64,000 bases of DNA from Alphaproteobacteria bacterium (GTDB taxonomy: Bacteria > Pseudomonadota > Alphaproteobacteria > MPNO01 > UBA830), in the NCBI GenBank assembly GCA_965243135.1, contig OZ251539.1:3136001-3200000 (forward strand). Direction: 5' to 3'. Under the pieces are notes generated by a model. The model saw only the letters and a list, made by a program, of their open reading frames with translations, searched no databases and had not been told where the DNA came from. The translations under genes and the position numbers were made by a program. Positions 23,276 to 32,118 of this stretch are shown piece after piece (within the stretch, counting starts at the first letter, position 1; each line of letters starts with the position of its first letter).

Positions 23276-25549
23276 TCACGCGCATTTGGAGTATCCGCAA
23301 GAGGTGCAGAGGTCGCAGCCTTCCTGGTGGACGAGGCCGGGCTGGCTGCAACGGGGGCAGAACGCCGGCGGCCGCTGCGGCCCGACGGCCTGAAGAACGG
23401 AGGCTTCGGCCTCGGGCCGGAGGAATCCGATGGCGACCATGTGGTTCTCGATCACGCCCCCGATAGCCGCCAGCAGCGACGGCACGTAGGCGCCGTCCAT
23501 CCACTGGCCGCCGCGCGGGTCGAACACCGCCTTCAGTTCCTCGACCACGAACGACACGTCGCCGCCGCGCCGGAACACCGCCGAGATCATGCGCGTCAGC
23601 GCCACCGTCCAGGCGTAGTGCTCGGTGTTCTTCGAGTTCACGAACACCTCGAACGGCCGCCGCCGCCCGTCGCGCACGATGTCGTTGAGCGTGATGTAGA
23701 TCGCGTGGTCCGACTCCGGCCACCGCAGCTTGTAGGTCGAACCCGGCAGCGCCTCGGGACGGTCGAGCGGCTGCGTCATGTAGACTACGCCCGCCTCAAG
23801 TTCGTCCGCCGGCTTTTCCGCCGCCGGCTCCGGCAGCGGCAGCGCCGGCTCGGCGTCGTCCTTCGGCGCTTCCAGAACGGCCCCCGTCACGTCGTTCGGC
23901 CGGTAGGTCGTGCAGCCCTTGCAGCCCGACTCCCAAGCCTGCATGTACACGTCGCGGAACGCCTCGAACGGAATGTCCTCGGGCACGTTGATGGTCTTCG
24001 AGATCGAACTGTCGACGTACTTCTGCGCCGCCGCCTGCATGCGCACGTGATCGGCGGGAGCCAGCGTCTGCGCGTCGACGAAACAGTCCGGCAACGGCGC
24101 GTCCGGTCCCTTGAGGCGGCGGAACAGCCGCAGCGCGTAGTCCGCCACCTCCTCGCTCCGCCGGCTGCCGTCCGGCATCAGCACGTTGCGCGTGAAGCTG
24201 AAGGCGAAGACCGGCTCGATCCCCGACGAGACGTTGTCCGCCAGCAGCGAGATCGTGCCCGTCGGCGCGATCGAGGTCAGCAGCGCGTTGCGGATGCCGT
24301 GCGCCGCCACCGCCGCCCGCACGTCCTCGTCCAGCGTCCGCGCGAACGCCCCGTCAAGCCAGGCGTCGCGGTCGAACAGCGGAAACGCTCCCTTCTCCCG
24401 CGCCAACTCGACCGACGCCAGATACGCGGCGCGGCACAGCCGCTTCATCCACCCCTCGGCCGCCGCAACCGCCCGGTCCGACCCGTAGCGCAGGCCGACC
24501 ATGATCAGCGCGTCCGCCAACCCCGTCACCCCCAGCCCGATGCGCCGCTTGGCCCGCGCTTCCGCCGCCTGCGCCTCCAGCGGAAACCGCGACGCGTCCA
24601 CGACGTTGTCCATCATCCGCACCGCCGTCGCCACCGTCCGGTCGAACGCCGCCTCCTCCAGCGCCGCGCCCTCCTCGAACGGACGCGACACGAACCGCGT
24701 CAGGTTGATCGATCCCAGAAGGCACGCCCCGTAGGGCGGCAGCGGCTGCTCGCCGCACGGGTTCGTCGCCGAGATCGTCTCGCAGTAATGCAGGTTGTTC
24801 AGCCGGTTGATCCGATCGATGAAGATCACCCCGGGCTCCGCGTACTCGTAGGTCGCCCGCATGATCCGGTCCCACAACTCGCGCGCCCCCACCGTCGAAT
24901 GCACCATGCCGCCGAACCGCAACTCCCAGGCGTCGTCCTTCGCCACCGCCTCCATGAAGGCGTCGGTCACCAGCACCGACAGGTTGAACATCCGCAGCCG
25001 GCCCGGGTCCCGCTTGGCGGCGACGAACTCCCCGATGTCCGGATGGTCGCAGCGCAGCGTCGCCATCATCGCGCCGCGCCGGTGGCCGGCGCTCATGATG
25101 GTGCGGCACATCGCGTCCCACACGTCCATGAACGACAGCGGACCCGACGCATCGGCGCCGACGCCCCGCACCGGAGCCCCCCTCGGGCGCAGCGTCGAGA
25201 AGTCGTAGCCGATGCCGCCGCCCGCCTGCATGGTCAGCGCCGCCTCGCGCAGATGGTCGAAGATGCCGCCCATGTCGTCGGGAACCCCGCCCATGACGAA
25301 GCAGTTGAACAGGGTGACGTTGCGCGGCGCGCCGGCTCCCGCGAAGATCCGGCCGGCCGGCAGGAAGCGGTGGTCGCTCAGCGCCTCCATGAAGGCCTCC
25401 TCGTGGGACGCGGAATCCTTCTCGGGCGCGGCCAGGGCGCGGGCGACCCTCCGCCAGGTGGCCTCAAGGTCGCCGTCGACCGGCGTGCCGTCCGCCGCTT
25501 TGAGGCGGTACTTCATGTCCCAGATCTGCTGCGAAATCGGCGAAGTCAT
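23276..25549 (-). CDS. nrdJ: Adenosylcobalamin-dependent (class II) ribonucleotide reductase
   Basis: FLPAGRI, TLFNCFV, ATNPCGEQPL, IAPTGTIS, SISKTIN, KGCTTYR; C-terminal TSCPD-like domain and CPRC...CTSCGYSKC Zn ribbon; RBS GGAG before the ATG at 25549. Confidence 0.96.
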   Translation of the reverse strand: MTSPISQQIWDMKYRLKAADGTPVDGDLEATWRRVARALAAPEKDSASHEEAFMEALSDHRFLPAGRIFAGAGAPRNVTLFNCFVMGGVPDDMGGIFDHLREAALTMQAGGGIGYDFSTLRPRGAPVRGVGADASGPLSFMDVWDAMCRTIMSAGHRRGAMMATLRCDHPDIGEFVAAKRDPGRLRMFNLSVLVTDAFMEAVAKDDAWELRFGGMVHSTVGARELWDRIMRATYEYAEPGVIFIDRINRLNNLHYCETISATNPCGEQPLPPYGACLLGSINLTRFVSRPFEEGAALEEAAFDRTVATAVRMMDNVVDASRFPLEAQAAEARAKRRIGLGVTGLADALIMVGLRYGSDRAVAAAEGWMKRLCRAAYLASVELAREKGAFPLFDRDAWLDGAFARTLDEDVRAAVAAHGIRNALLTSIAPTGTISLLADNVSSGIEPVFAFSFTRNVLMPDGSRRSEEVADYALRLFRRLKGPDAPLPDCFVDAQTLAPADHVRMQAAAQKYVDSSISKTINVPEDIPFEAFRDVYMQAWESGCKGCTTYRPNDVTGAVLEAPKDDAEPALPLPEPAAEKPADELEAGVVYMTQPLDRPEALPGSTYKLRWPESDHAIYITLNDIVRDGRRRPFEVFVNSKNTEHYAWTVALTRMISAVFRRGGDVSFVVEELKAVFDPRGGQWMDGAYVPSLLAAIGGVIENHMVAIGFLRPEAEASVLQAVGPQRPPAFCPRCSQPGLVHQEGCDLCTSCGYSKCA

Positions 25550-25822
25550 CGGAATGCATCTCCATGATTCGATCGTCGACGGCATCCGCAGCGGGCGGAG
25601 CGGAGCTTCGCGCACGCCGACGACGAAGTACCGGCCGCGCATCTGCCGGGCGCGGCCGGCGCGACGGCGGACGCAGGTTTTGCCCGCGGCAGCCGGCAGG
25701 TGCGCCGAGCGCCCCGCATTTGCCGTTGCCTTCCGGGCGACGCGCCCGGCCGGGATTCCGTCGCCGTTTCGCAGGGCGCTTGCGGACGCTTCAACGTCGT
25801 TCGCGGTCCCCGGCGCGGCTGC

Positions 25823-26407
25823 TCATCGTCGCGTCTTCTTGCGCAGCACGCGCAGGAGGCCGCCGATCCTGCCTCCGCTCTGAGCGATCACGGACGCGAA
25901 TTCGTCGCGCTGCGTCACGCTCATGCTGACGCCCTCGACCAGCACGTCCGTTATCTTGAACCCGTGGTCCGCCCCGCGGATTCGCCAGTTGACCTTGACC
26001 GGCGACGAGCCTCCCGCCTCGATCTCCGAAAGCACGAGCGTCTGTCCGCCCGTCAGCTCTTCCGATCGGAGGACGGTGAGTTTCTTGTCGCCGAGATCCC
26101 GAAATCTGTTGGCGTAGGCCAGGACGAGATATTTCTCGAACAGCGACGAGAACTCGCGCCTCTCCTCCTCCGACGCCGCGCGCCAGTAACGTCCGAGCAC
26201 GAAACGCGTGATCGCGGGCAAATCGAACGCCTCGTTCAGAAAGCCCCGGAACCGGCGGGCGTGTTCGGCCGAATCCAGTCCCTCCTCGCCGAGGGACGAA
26301 AGCACTCGGGCCCCCGTCTCGCTTACGAACGCTTCCGGCGAGGACGCGCCGGCGGAAAGCGGGAAAATCAGAAGCGCTCCCAAAATCGGCAACGCGCGTC
26401 GTAACAT
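25823..26407 (-). CDS. mlaC: MlaC/Ttg2D-family periplasmic lipid-binding protein
   Basis: Signal peptide, FDLPAITRFVLGRYWR, KITDVLVEGVSMSVTQRDEF. Confidence 0.88.
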   Translation of the reverse strand: MLRRALPILGALLIFPLSAGASSPEAFVSETGARVLSSLGEEGLDSAEHARRFRGFLNEAFDLPAITRFVLGRYWRAASEEERREFSSLFEKYLVLAYANRFRDLGDKKLTVLRSEELTGGQTLVLSEIEAGGSSPVKVNWRIRGADHGFKITDVLVEGVSMSVTQRDEFASVIAQSGGRIGGLLRVLRKKTRR

Positions 26408-26488
26408 GTTGTCTCTCCGGTTGCGGCGGTGCGGGCACGCGGGCGGAACCCTTCGCCGTGAAACGAAAACGCGGGCTTCGCCGCCCCC

Positions 26489-27280
26489 TTACTCGAACAG
26501 ATCCATGATCCAGCGTCGAATCGGATTCAACCGGTCCGATTCGACGCGCGGCTGTTCCGGGTCGCTGGGAGCGCCGTTCCGGATCATGTCGGCGCGGCGC
26601 TGACGATAGAGACTCCGAACGGCGGCGTAGAAATCCAGCGACCGTTCCTCAAGCTCGTTGAACTGGTCGTAGTTGCGGGCGCGGGAATCGACGGCCCGGC
26701 CCGCCGTCGCGCCAAGCCGGAGCTCCTCGGAAGCCAGGCGCGGAAACGGATCGATCACGGAATCGACCGCCGTTCCGACGCCGTCCCTTAAATTGGCCGG
26801 TCCGATGATCGGAAGCATGAGATACGGACCGGCGCCGACGCCCCAGATCGCGAGGGTCTGGCCGAAGTCCTCCTCGTGCTCCGGGAGCCCGAATTCGGCG
26901 GCGACGTCGTTTATGCCGAAAACGCCCATGCTCGAATTCATCGCGAAACGCACCATGACCGTTCCGGCGCGGTCCAGTTCGCCCTGCATCAGGTCGTTGG
27001 CGAACGTCACCGGGCTGCCCATGTTCGACAGGAAATTGTGAACGTTGTCGCGCAGGGGCGCCGGCACGCACCGCCTGTAGACGTACGCCACGGGCTTCAG
27101 GACTGCCTTGTCGAGGACGAGATTGAATTCCAGGACCGCGCGGTTGAGCGGCTCGAGAGGATCGTTGATCTTGCGGAACGCCGCGGTCGCTTCGGCGTCT
27201 TCCGCCGGCGGCGGCGTCGCGCACCCTGAAATCGCGGCGGCCAGAGCGCAGGCGGCGAGCGCTCGAATCGTCAATCTCAT
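26489..27280 (-). CDS. mlaA: MlaA/VacJ lipoprotein
   Basis: Lipobox ISGC, NDPLEPLNR, EDFGQTL..WGVG.GPYLMLP..GP..LRD, DFYAAVRSLYRQRR. Confidence 0.92.
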   Translation of the reverse strand: MRLTIRALAACALAAAISGCATPPPAEDAEATAAFRKINDPLEPLNRAVLEFNLVLDKAVLKPVAYVYRRCVPAPLRDNVHNFLSNMGSPVTFANDLMQGELDRAGTVMVRFAMNSSMGVFGINDVAAEFGLPEHEEDFGQTLAIWGVGAGPYLMLPIIGPANLRDGVGTAVDSVIDPFPRLASEELRLGATAGRAVDSRARNYDQFNELEERSLDFYAAVRSLYRQRRADMIRNGAPSDPEQPRVESDRLNPIRRWIMDLFE

Positions 27281-27327
27281 GCCCGGTCACTCGCAACCCG
27301 TTTCCGCCGGAAGCGGCGGCCCGCGCC

Positions 27328-29700
27328 TTATGTAGCGGATTCGCGGCGATTATCAACCGCCTTGCGGCCGCCCGAAGAGCCTTTTCCGACGAGCCAGGCG
27401 CCGAGCGCCGGCAGAAGAACGACGGCGCCGACCATGTTCACGAGAAACATGAACGTCAGGACCGTTCCCATGTCGGCCTGGAACTTGAGCGGGGCGGCGA
27501 TCCACGTCGCCACGCCCGCCGTCAGCGTAAGGCCCGTGAGCACGACGCCGGCGCCCGTGACGGCAAGCGTCTTCTCGTACGCCGCGGCGAATTCCAGGCC
27601 CTCCGCCAGGCAGGCGCGAAGCCGCCCGTAGACGTAGATTCCGTAGTCCACTCCGATGCCGACGCCGAGGGCGACCACGGGCAGGGTCGAGATCTTGAGT
27701 CCGATCTCGAGCGCCGCCATGAGCGCGTACGCGAGCAGGGAAACGACCGCGAGCGGCGCGACGATGCAGGCGGTCGCCGCCGCCGAGCGGAAGGAAACCA
27801 GGCACAGCGCGATTATCGCGGCGTAGACGTAGCCGAGAATCGGGAACTGGGACGCCTCGACCTCTTCGTTGGTCGCCGCCATCACGCCGACGTTGCCGGC
27901 GGCCAGCCGGAAGGCGACGGGGACCTCGGGGTCCGCGGCGCGGTAGTTCTTGACGGCGGCGACGATCCGCTCGATGGTTTCGGCCTTGTGGTCGACGGTG
28001 TAGATCGACACCGGCATCAGGCTGCAGTCGGTGTTGAGAAGGCCGCTGCCGGTGGGCACCGGCGAGACGGCCTGAACGAGGGAATACCGATTGCGCGGCA
28101 AGGCGCGCCACTTGAGGTTGCCTTCGTTCCAGCTCGCGTTGACGTTGCGGGCGATTCCGGCGAGTCCGCGCACGGACCGAACGCCCTCGACGTTCAGCAT
28201 CCGCCACTCGAAATCGTCGACGACGCTCAATATCCCGTGGTCGATGCAGCCTTCGGGAACGGTTTCCGCGATCACGGTCAGCACGTCGACGCCGATGTCG
28301 AAGCGTTCGCCGATGATCGCCGCGTCGCGGTTGTACGTGGAGTCCGCGCGCAGTTCCGGCACGCCCCGATGCTCGTCTCCGATGCGAACCTCGGGCGCGA
28401 GGCGCGCCCCGACGGCCAGAAGCGCGGCGGCCGCGGCGATCGCGGCGATCGCCGGACGCCGCCGCGCCGTCCGCGCGACGCGCGACCAGACCGGCAGGAG
28501 AAAGGCGTCCCGCGCCCGCGCCGAAGCGCGCTGCGCGTCGTCCGCCTCGAAGTACGACAGCAGGACCGGGAGCAGCGCCAGATTGGTGAGGATGATGGCG
28601 GCGACCCCGAGGCTCGCCGTAATCGCGATTTCCCGTATGACCGGCGCCTCGATGAAGGAGATGGTCACGAAGCCGACGGAGTCGGAGACGAGCGCCACCG
28701 CTCCCGGCAGGAGCAGGCGGCGGAAGGCGCTTCGCGCGGCGTCCGGGCCGCTCGCGCCGTCGATCGTTTCCGAGCGCACGGCGCACATCATCTGCACCCC
28801 GTGGCTGACGCCGATCGCGAACACCAGGAACGGCACGAGTATGGACATCGGATCCATTCCGAAACCCAGCATCGTCAGGCCGCCGAGCTGCCAGACCACC
28901 GCCGCGAGCGAGCAGGCCAGAGGCGCCGCGGTCAGGCGCAGGGATCTGGTGTAGGCGTACAGAAGCGACGCGGTGATCAGGAACGCGACAGCGAAGAACG
29001 CGACCACCTGCGTCGCGCCCGCCGCGACGTCGCCCACGATCTTGGCGAAGCCGACAATATGGACGTCCACGTCGGCGCGGGCGAGAGCGGACGCGCGGAT
29101 GTCCTCGAGCCGCCGCGCGACCTGTATGTAATCGAGCCGCTCGCCGGTGTTGGGGTCGAATTCCTGCAAGCGTCCGGCGACCAGCGCGCCGCTGAAGTCG
29201 TTCGCCGCCAGAAGGCCGACGACGCCGGCCTTGCGGACGTTCTCGCGCACCCGCGCGAATCCCGCCGCGTCCGGCTCGAAATCCGCCGGCATGACGTTGC
29301 CCGCGACGACTCCGTCCTCGACGACCTCGATGTAGCGCACGTTCGGGGTGAGGATGGAGCGCACCTGGGTCCGGTCGACGCCGGGCAGGAAGAACATCGC
29401 GTCGGTGACCTCGCGCAACGCCCCGAAGAAGTCCGGCGTGAACATGTCGCCGTCGCGCGCCAGCAGGGCGATCGCGACTCTGTCGGCGCCGCCGAATTCG
29501 TCGCGGTGCTCGAGGAAAACCTTCATGTAGTCGTGTTCGACCGGGATCAGCTTGGTGAAGCCGGCGTCGATCCGCAGTTCCGAGGCGAACCAGCCCATCG
29601 CCGCGGTGACGAGGAAGAATACGGCGAGCACGAGCCGGCGGCTGGCGAACAGCAGCGTTTCGACGCGCGCCGCGAGGGACGCGTTGGGCGCGGCCGGCAT
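27328..29700 (-). CDS. MMPL/RND-family transporter
   Basis: Two MMPL halves; LVFAIGVSHGVQ, LGVGIGVDYGIY, LKFQADMG; start at the ATG overlapping the upstream stop. Confidence 0.9.
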   Translation of the reverse strand: MPAAPNASLAARVETLLFASRRLVLAVFFLVTAAMGWFASELRIDAGFTKLIPVEHDYMKVFLEHRDEFGGADRVAIALLARDGDMFTPDFFGALREVTDAMFFLPGVDRTQVRSILTPNVRYIEVVEDGVVAGNVMPADFEPDAAGFARVRENVRKAGVVGLLAANDFSGALVAGRLQEFDPNTGERLDYIQVARRLEDIRASALARADVDVHIVGFAKIVGDVAAGATQVVAFFAVAFLITASLLYAYTRSLRLTAAPLACSLAAVVWQLGGLTMLGFGMDPMSILVPFLVFAIGVSHGVQMMCAVRSETIDGASGPDAARSAFRRLLLPGAVALVSDSVGFVTISFIEAPVIREIAITASLGVAAIILTNLALLPVLLSYFEADDAQRASARARDAFLLPVWSRVARTARRRPAIAAIAAAAALLAVGARLAPEVRIGDEHRGVPELRADSTYNRDAAIIGERFDIGVDVLTVIAETVPEGCIDHGILSVVDDFEWRMLNVEGVRSVRGLAGIARNVNASWNEGNLKWRALPRNRYSLVQAVSPVPTGSGLLNTDCSLMPVSIYTVDHKAETIERIVAAVKNYRAADPEVPVAFRLAAGNVGVMAATNEEVEASQFPILGYVYAAIIALCLVSFRSAAATACIVAPLAVVSLLAYALMAALEIGLKISTLPVVALGVGIGVDYGIYVYGRLRACLAEGLEFAAAYEKTLAVTGAGVVLTGLTLTAGVATWIAAPLKFQADMGTVLTFMFLVNMVGAVVLLPALGAWLVGKGSSGGRKAVDNRRESAT

Positions 29701-30641
29701 CACTCGATTCGCGCGAGGCGGCGGACGCCGAACTCTCCGGTCAGCAAGGCGCCGTCCCCGACCGCCAGCGCCGACGTGATGCCCCTGCGCGTGGGCGAGC
29801 GGATCGGCGACGCGGTCCGTCCGCCGTCCCTGCTCGCGAGCAGGGCGCCGTCGAGCCCGGTCACGAGTATCAGGCCGGACCGCAACCGCGCGACGCTGGT
29901 GAGGGTCGCGGAAACGCCGGTCGGCACCCGCGTCCAGGTGCCGCCGCCGTCGGCGGTCAGGAACAAATGGCCCCGGAGGCCGGCCACGAGCAGACGGTTC
30001 TCGTCGAGCGCGAGCGCGCCGAACCACGAACCGGAATACGGAGAGGGCAATTTGCGCCAGCTGCGTCCGCCGTCGTCGGAGCGATAGAGAACGCCCGCTT
30101 CCGCCGCGATGAACAGGCGCGCCGGACCGGCCGCGACGAGCGCGTTCAGATGGTGGTCTTCTTCGCCGATCGCGCGCGGGGTCCAGCTGCGTCCGCCGTC
30201 CTCGGTGGAGAGGAAGCTTCCGTAAGCGCCGATCGCGAAACCGGCGTTCTCGTCGCGGAACCAGATATCGAACAGCGGACTGTCTTCCTCCGGCGCGCGG
30301 CGAACGATTCGCCAGGTTTCCGCGCCGTCGTCGGTGCGCAGGATCACCGCGTCGTGTCCGACCGCGAAACCGGTGCGCGAGTCGCGCATATGGACCGCCG
30401 TGAGCAACGCGCGCACGGGAACCCGCGCCTGTTTCCAGGTCTCGCCGCGGTCGTCGGAGAAGAGAACGTGTCCGCGCTCGCCGACGACGACCAGCCGCCG
30501 CCCGGCGATGGCGGCGTCAAGCAGCAGCGACTCGATCGCGAGCGGCGCCTCCACGGCGGGCGCCGGCTCGGCGCCGGCCGGAAGCCAGTGCAGCGCGGCG
30601 CCGGCGAAGCCGGCGGCGAGCGTTCGGCGAAGTCCCCGCAC
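29700..30641 (-). CDS. YCF48-like BNR-repeat beta-propeller protein
   Basis: Repeated SDDxGxTW / TxDGGxSW BNR motifs, VGERGHVL, VGHDAVIL. Confidence 0.88.
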   Translation of the reverse strand: MRGLRRTLAAGFAGAALHWLPAGAEPAPAVEAPLAIESLLLDAAIAGRRLVVVGERGHVLFSDDRGETWKQARVPVRALLTAVHMRDSRTGFAVGHDAVILRTDDGAETWRIVRRAPEEDSPLFDIWFRDENAGFAIGAYGSFLSTEDGGRSWTPRAIGEEDHHLNALVAAGPARLFIAAEAGVLYRSDDGGRSWRKLPSPYSGSWFGALALDENRLLVAGLRGHLFLTADGGGTWTRVPTGVSATLTSVARLRSGLILVTGLDGALLASRDGGRTASPIRSPTRRGITSALAVGDGALLTGEFGVRRLARIE

Positions 30642-30752
30642 TATTTTTCGGTCGCGCGGCCCGGCGGCGTCTCCGCGCGCGCCGCCGCGGCGCAGGCCGG
30701 GCGCCTCCGAAGGTCGCGGCCGCCGGGCAAGTCGCTCGCGGGACCGCCGGGC

Positions 30753-32111
30753 CTACCGCCGGCCCTGGCGGCGCAGCGCCGCCGGGGTGAAATCGCGAGA
30801 CTTGAAGTTCGCGTCCCAGGTGCACATGGAGTACTCGTTGTCGAGTCCGAGGGCGAGATAACGGCCCGCCTGCAAATCCGTGTGAACTTCGAGCGTCGGC
30901 CAAATCAGCGGCTTTTCGTAGTAGTTGACGACGTGGCCTTCCGAGACGCGCCACAGCTGATCGCGATTGTCGTAGATGTCGACCAGCAGGATCTGCCAGG
31001 AATCCTCGTCGAGATAGAACGTGCGCCGCTTGTATATGTGGCTGGCGCCTTCCTTGAGGGTCGCGTCCACCACCCAGACCCTGTGCAACTCGTAGCGCAG
31101 ATGCTCCGGATTGACGTGAAGCGGCGTGAGGATGTCGGAGAAGGCGAGCTTGTCGCTGTGCAGCTTGTAGGAATTATAGGGCACGTAGAGTTCCCGCTTT
31201 CCGACGAGGCGCCAGTCGTAGCGGTCGACGGCGCCGTTGAACATGTCGAACTGATCGGCGGTGCGCAGCCCGTCGGTGGTCGTGCCCGGGTTGTCGTAAG
31301 CGATGTTCGGGGCGCGGCGCACGCGGCGCTGCCCCGGGTTGTAGACCCAGGCGTTGCGGGGTTCCCGGAACTGGTTGATCGTTTCGTGCACCAGCACGAT
31401 GTCTCCCGCGAGCCTCGCGGGAGACAGCACGCTCTGCTTGAACAGGATCATCGTGTTGCCGAGCTTCTCCGCCGTCATGCCCGGCAGGGAGTAACGGACC
31501 TCGACGTCGATTCCGTACTTCACCATGGTGTAGGCGCCGCCCCGGGTCACCGCGGCCTGTCCGATGGCGCATCGGATCGTCTCTCCCCGATAGCGCAGCA
31601 GGTGATTCCAGATCGCCTCCAGCCCGTCGGCCGGAATGGGGAACGGGATGCCGACGGCCGCGTTGTCGACGCCGTTTCCGCCGTCGGCCAGTTTCGCGGC
31701 GGCGGCGGTCTTGCGTGTCGCGTCGTAGATCCGTTGCGGCGCCGAGGCGCTGCGCCGGGTCGGATAGACGGTCAGCCGGAAAGACGGGTAGGTCTCCAGG
31801 ATGCGTTGATGTCCGACGGAAAGGCGGTCGCGGTGGCGATCCAGATTGGCGGCGTCGATCGTCATGCGCGGGCGGTCGCCGGCGAAGGGATCGCGATGAT
31901 GCTCTCCGCGCTCGTAGCCGGCGGGCGGCGACGTTATGCCGCCGGTCCACTCGGGGATGGTGCCGTCGGCGTTGCCCGCCCGCTCGCCGCCGAGAGGAGT
32001 GAGGTCCTTGCCGAGCCTCGCGATCTGGTCGGCCGGGAGTTCGGCGGCGGCCGGAGCGGCGAGCGCGCACCCCAGCGCGAGCGCCGTGCGGATTGCAATC
32101 TTGTTTCTCAT
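30753..32111 (-). CDS. DUF1329 periplasmic protein
   Basis: LTPLGGERAGNADGTIPEWTGG, AWVYNPGQRRVRRAP, RYELHRVWVV, FTPAALRR. Confidence 0.9.
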   Translation of the reverse strand: MRNKIAIRTALALGCALAAPAAAELPADQIARLGKDLTPLGGERAGNADGTIPEWTGGITSPPAGYERGEHHRDPFAGDRPRMTIDAANLDRHRDRLSVGHQRILETYPSFRLTVYPTRRSASAPQRIYDATRKTAAAAKLADGGNGVDNAAVGIPFPIPADGLEAIWNHLLRYRGETIRCAIGQAAVTRGGAYTMVKYGIDVEVRYSLPGMTAEKLGNTMILFKQSVLSPARLAGDIVLVHETINQFREPRNAWVYNPGQRRVRRAPNIAYDNPGTTTDGLRTADQFDMFNGAVDRYDWRLVGKRELYVPYNSYKLHSDKLAFSDILTPLHVNPEHLRYELHRVWVVDATLKEGASHIYKRRTFYLDEDSWQILLVDIYDNRDQLWRVSEGHVVNYYEKPLIWPTLEVHTDLQAGRYLALGLDNEYSMCTWDANFKSRDFTPAALRRQGRR

Positions 32112-32118
32112 CTTGGCC

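Noticed and set aside
23015-25567. 850-aa ORF antisense to nrdJ, and similar long antisense ORFs (27988-30087, 35461-37491, 41686-44373, 58765-60648)
   Set aside because: Codon-bias artefacts opposite well-supported genes.
25550-25822. Cobalamin riboswitch or NrdR boxes upstream of nrdJ
   Set aside because: No B12-box or NrdR-box-like sequence recognisable by eye.
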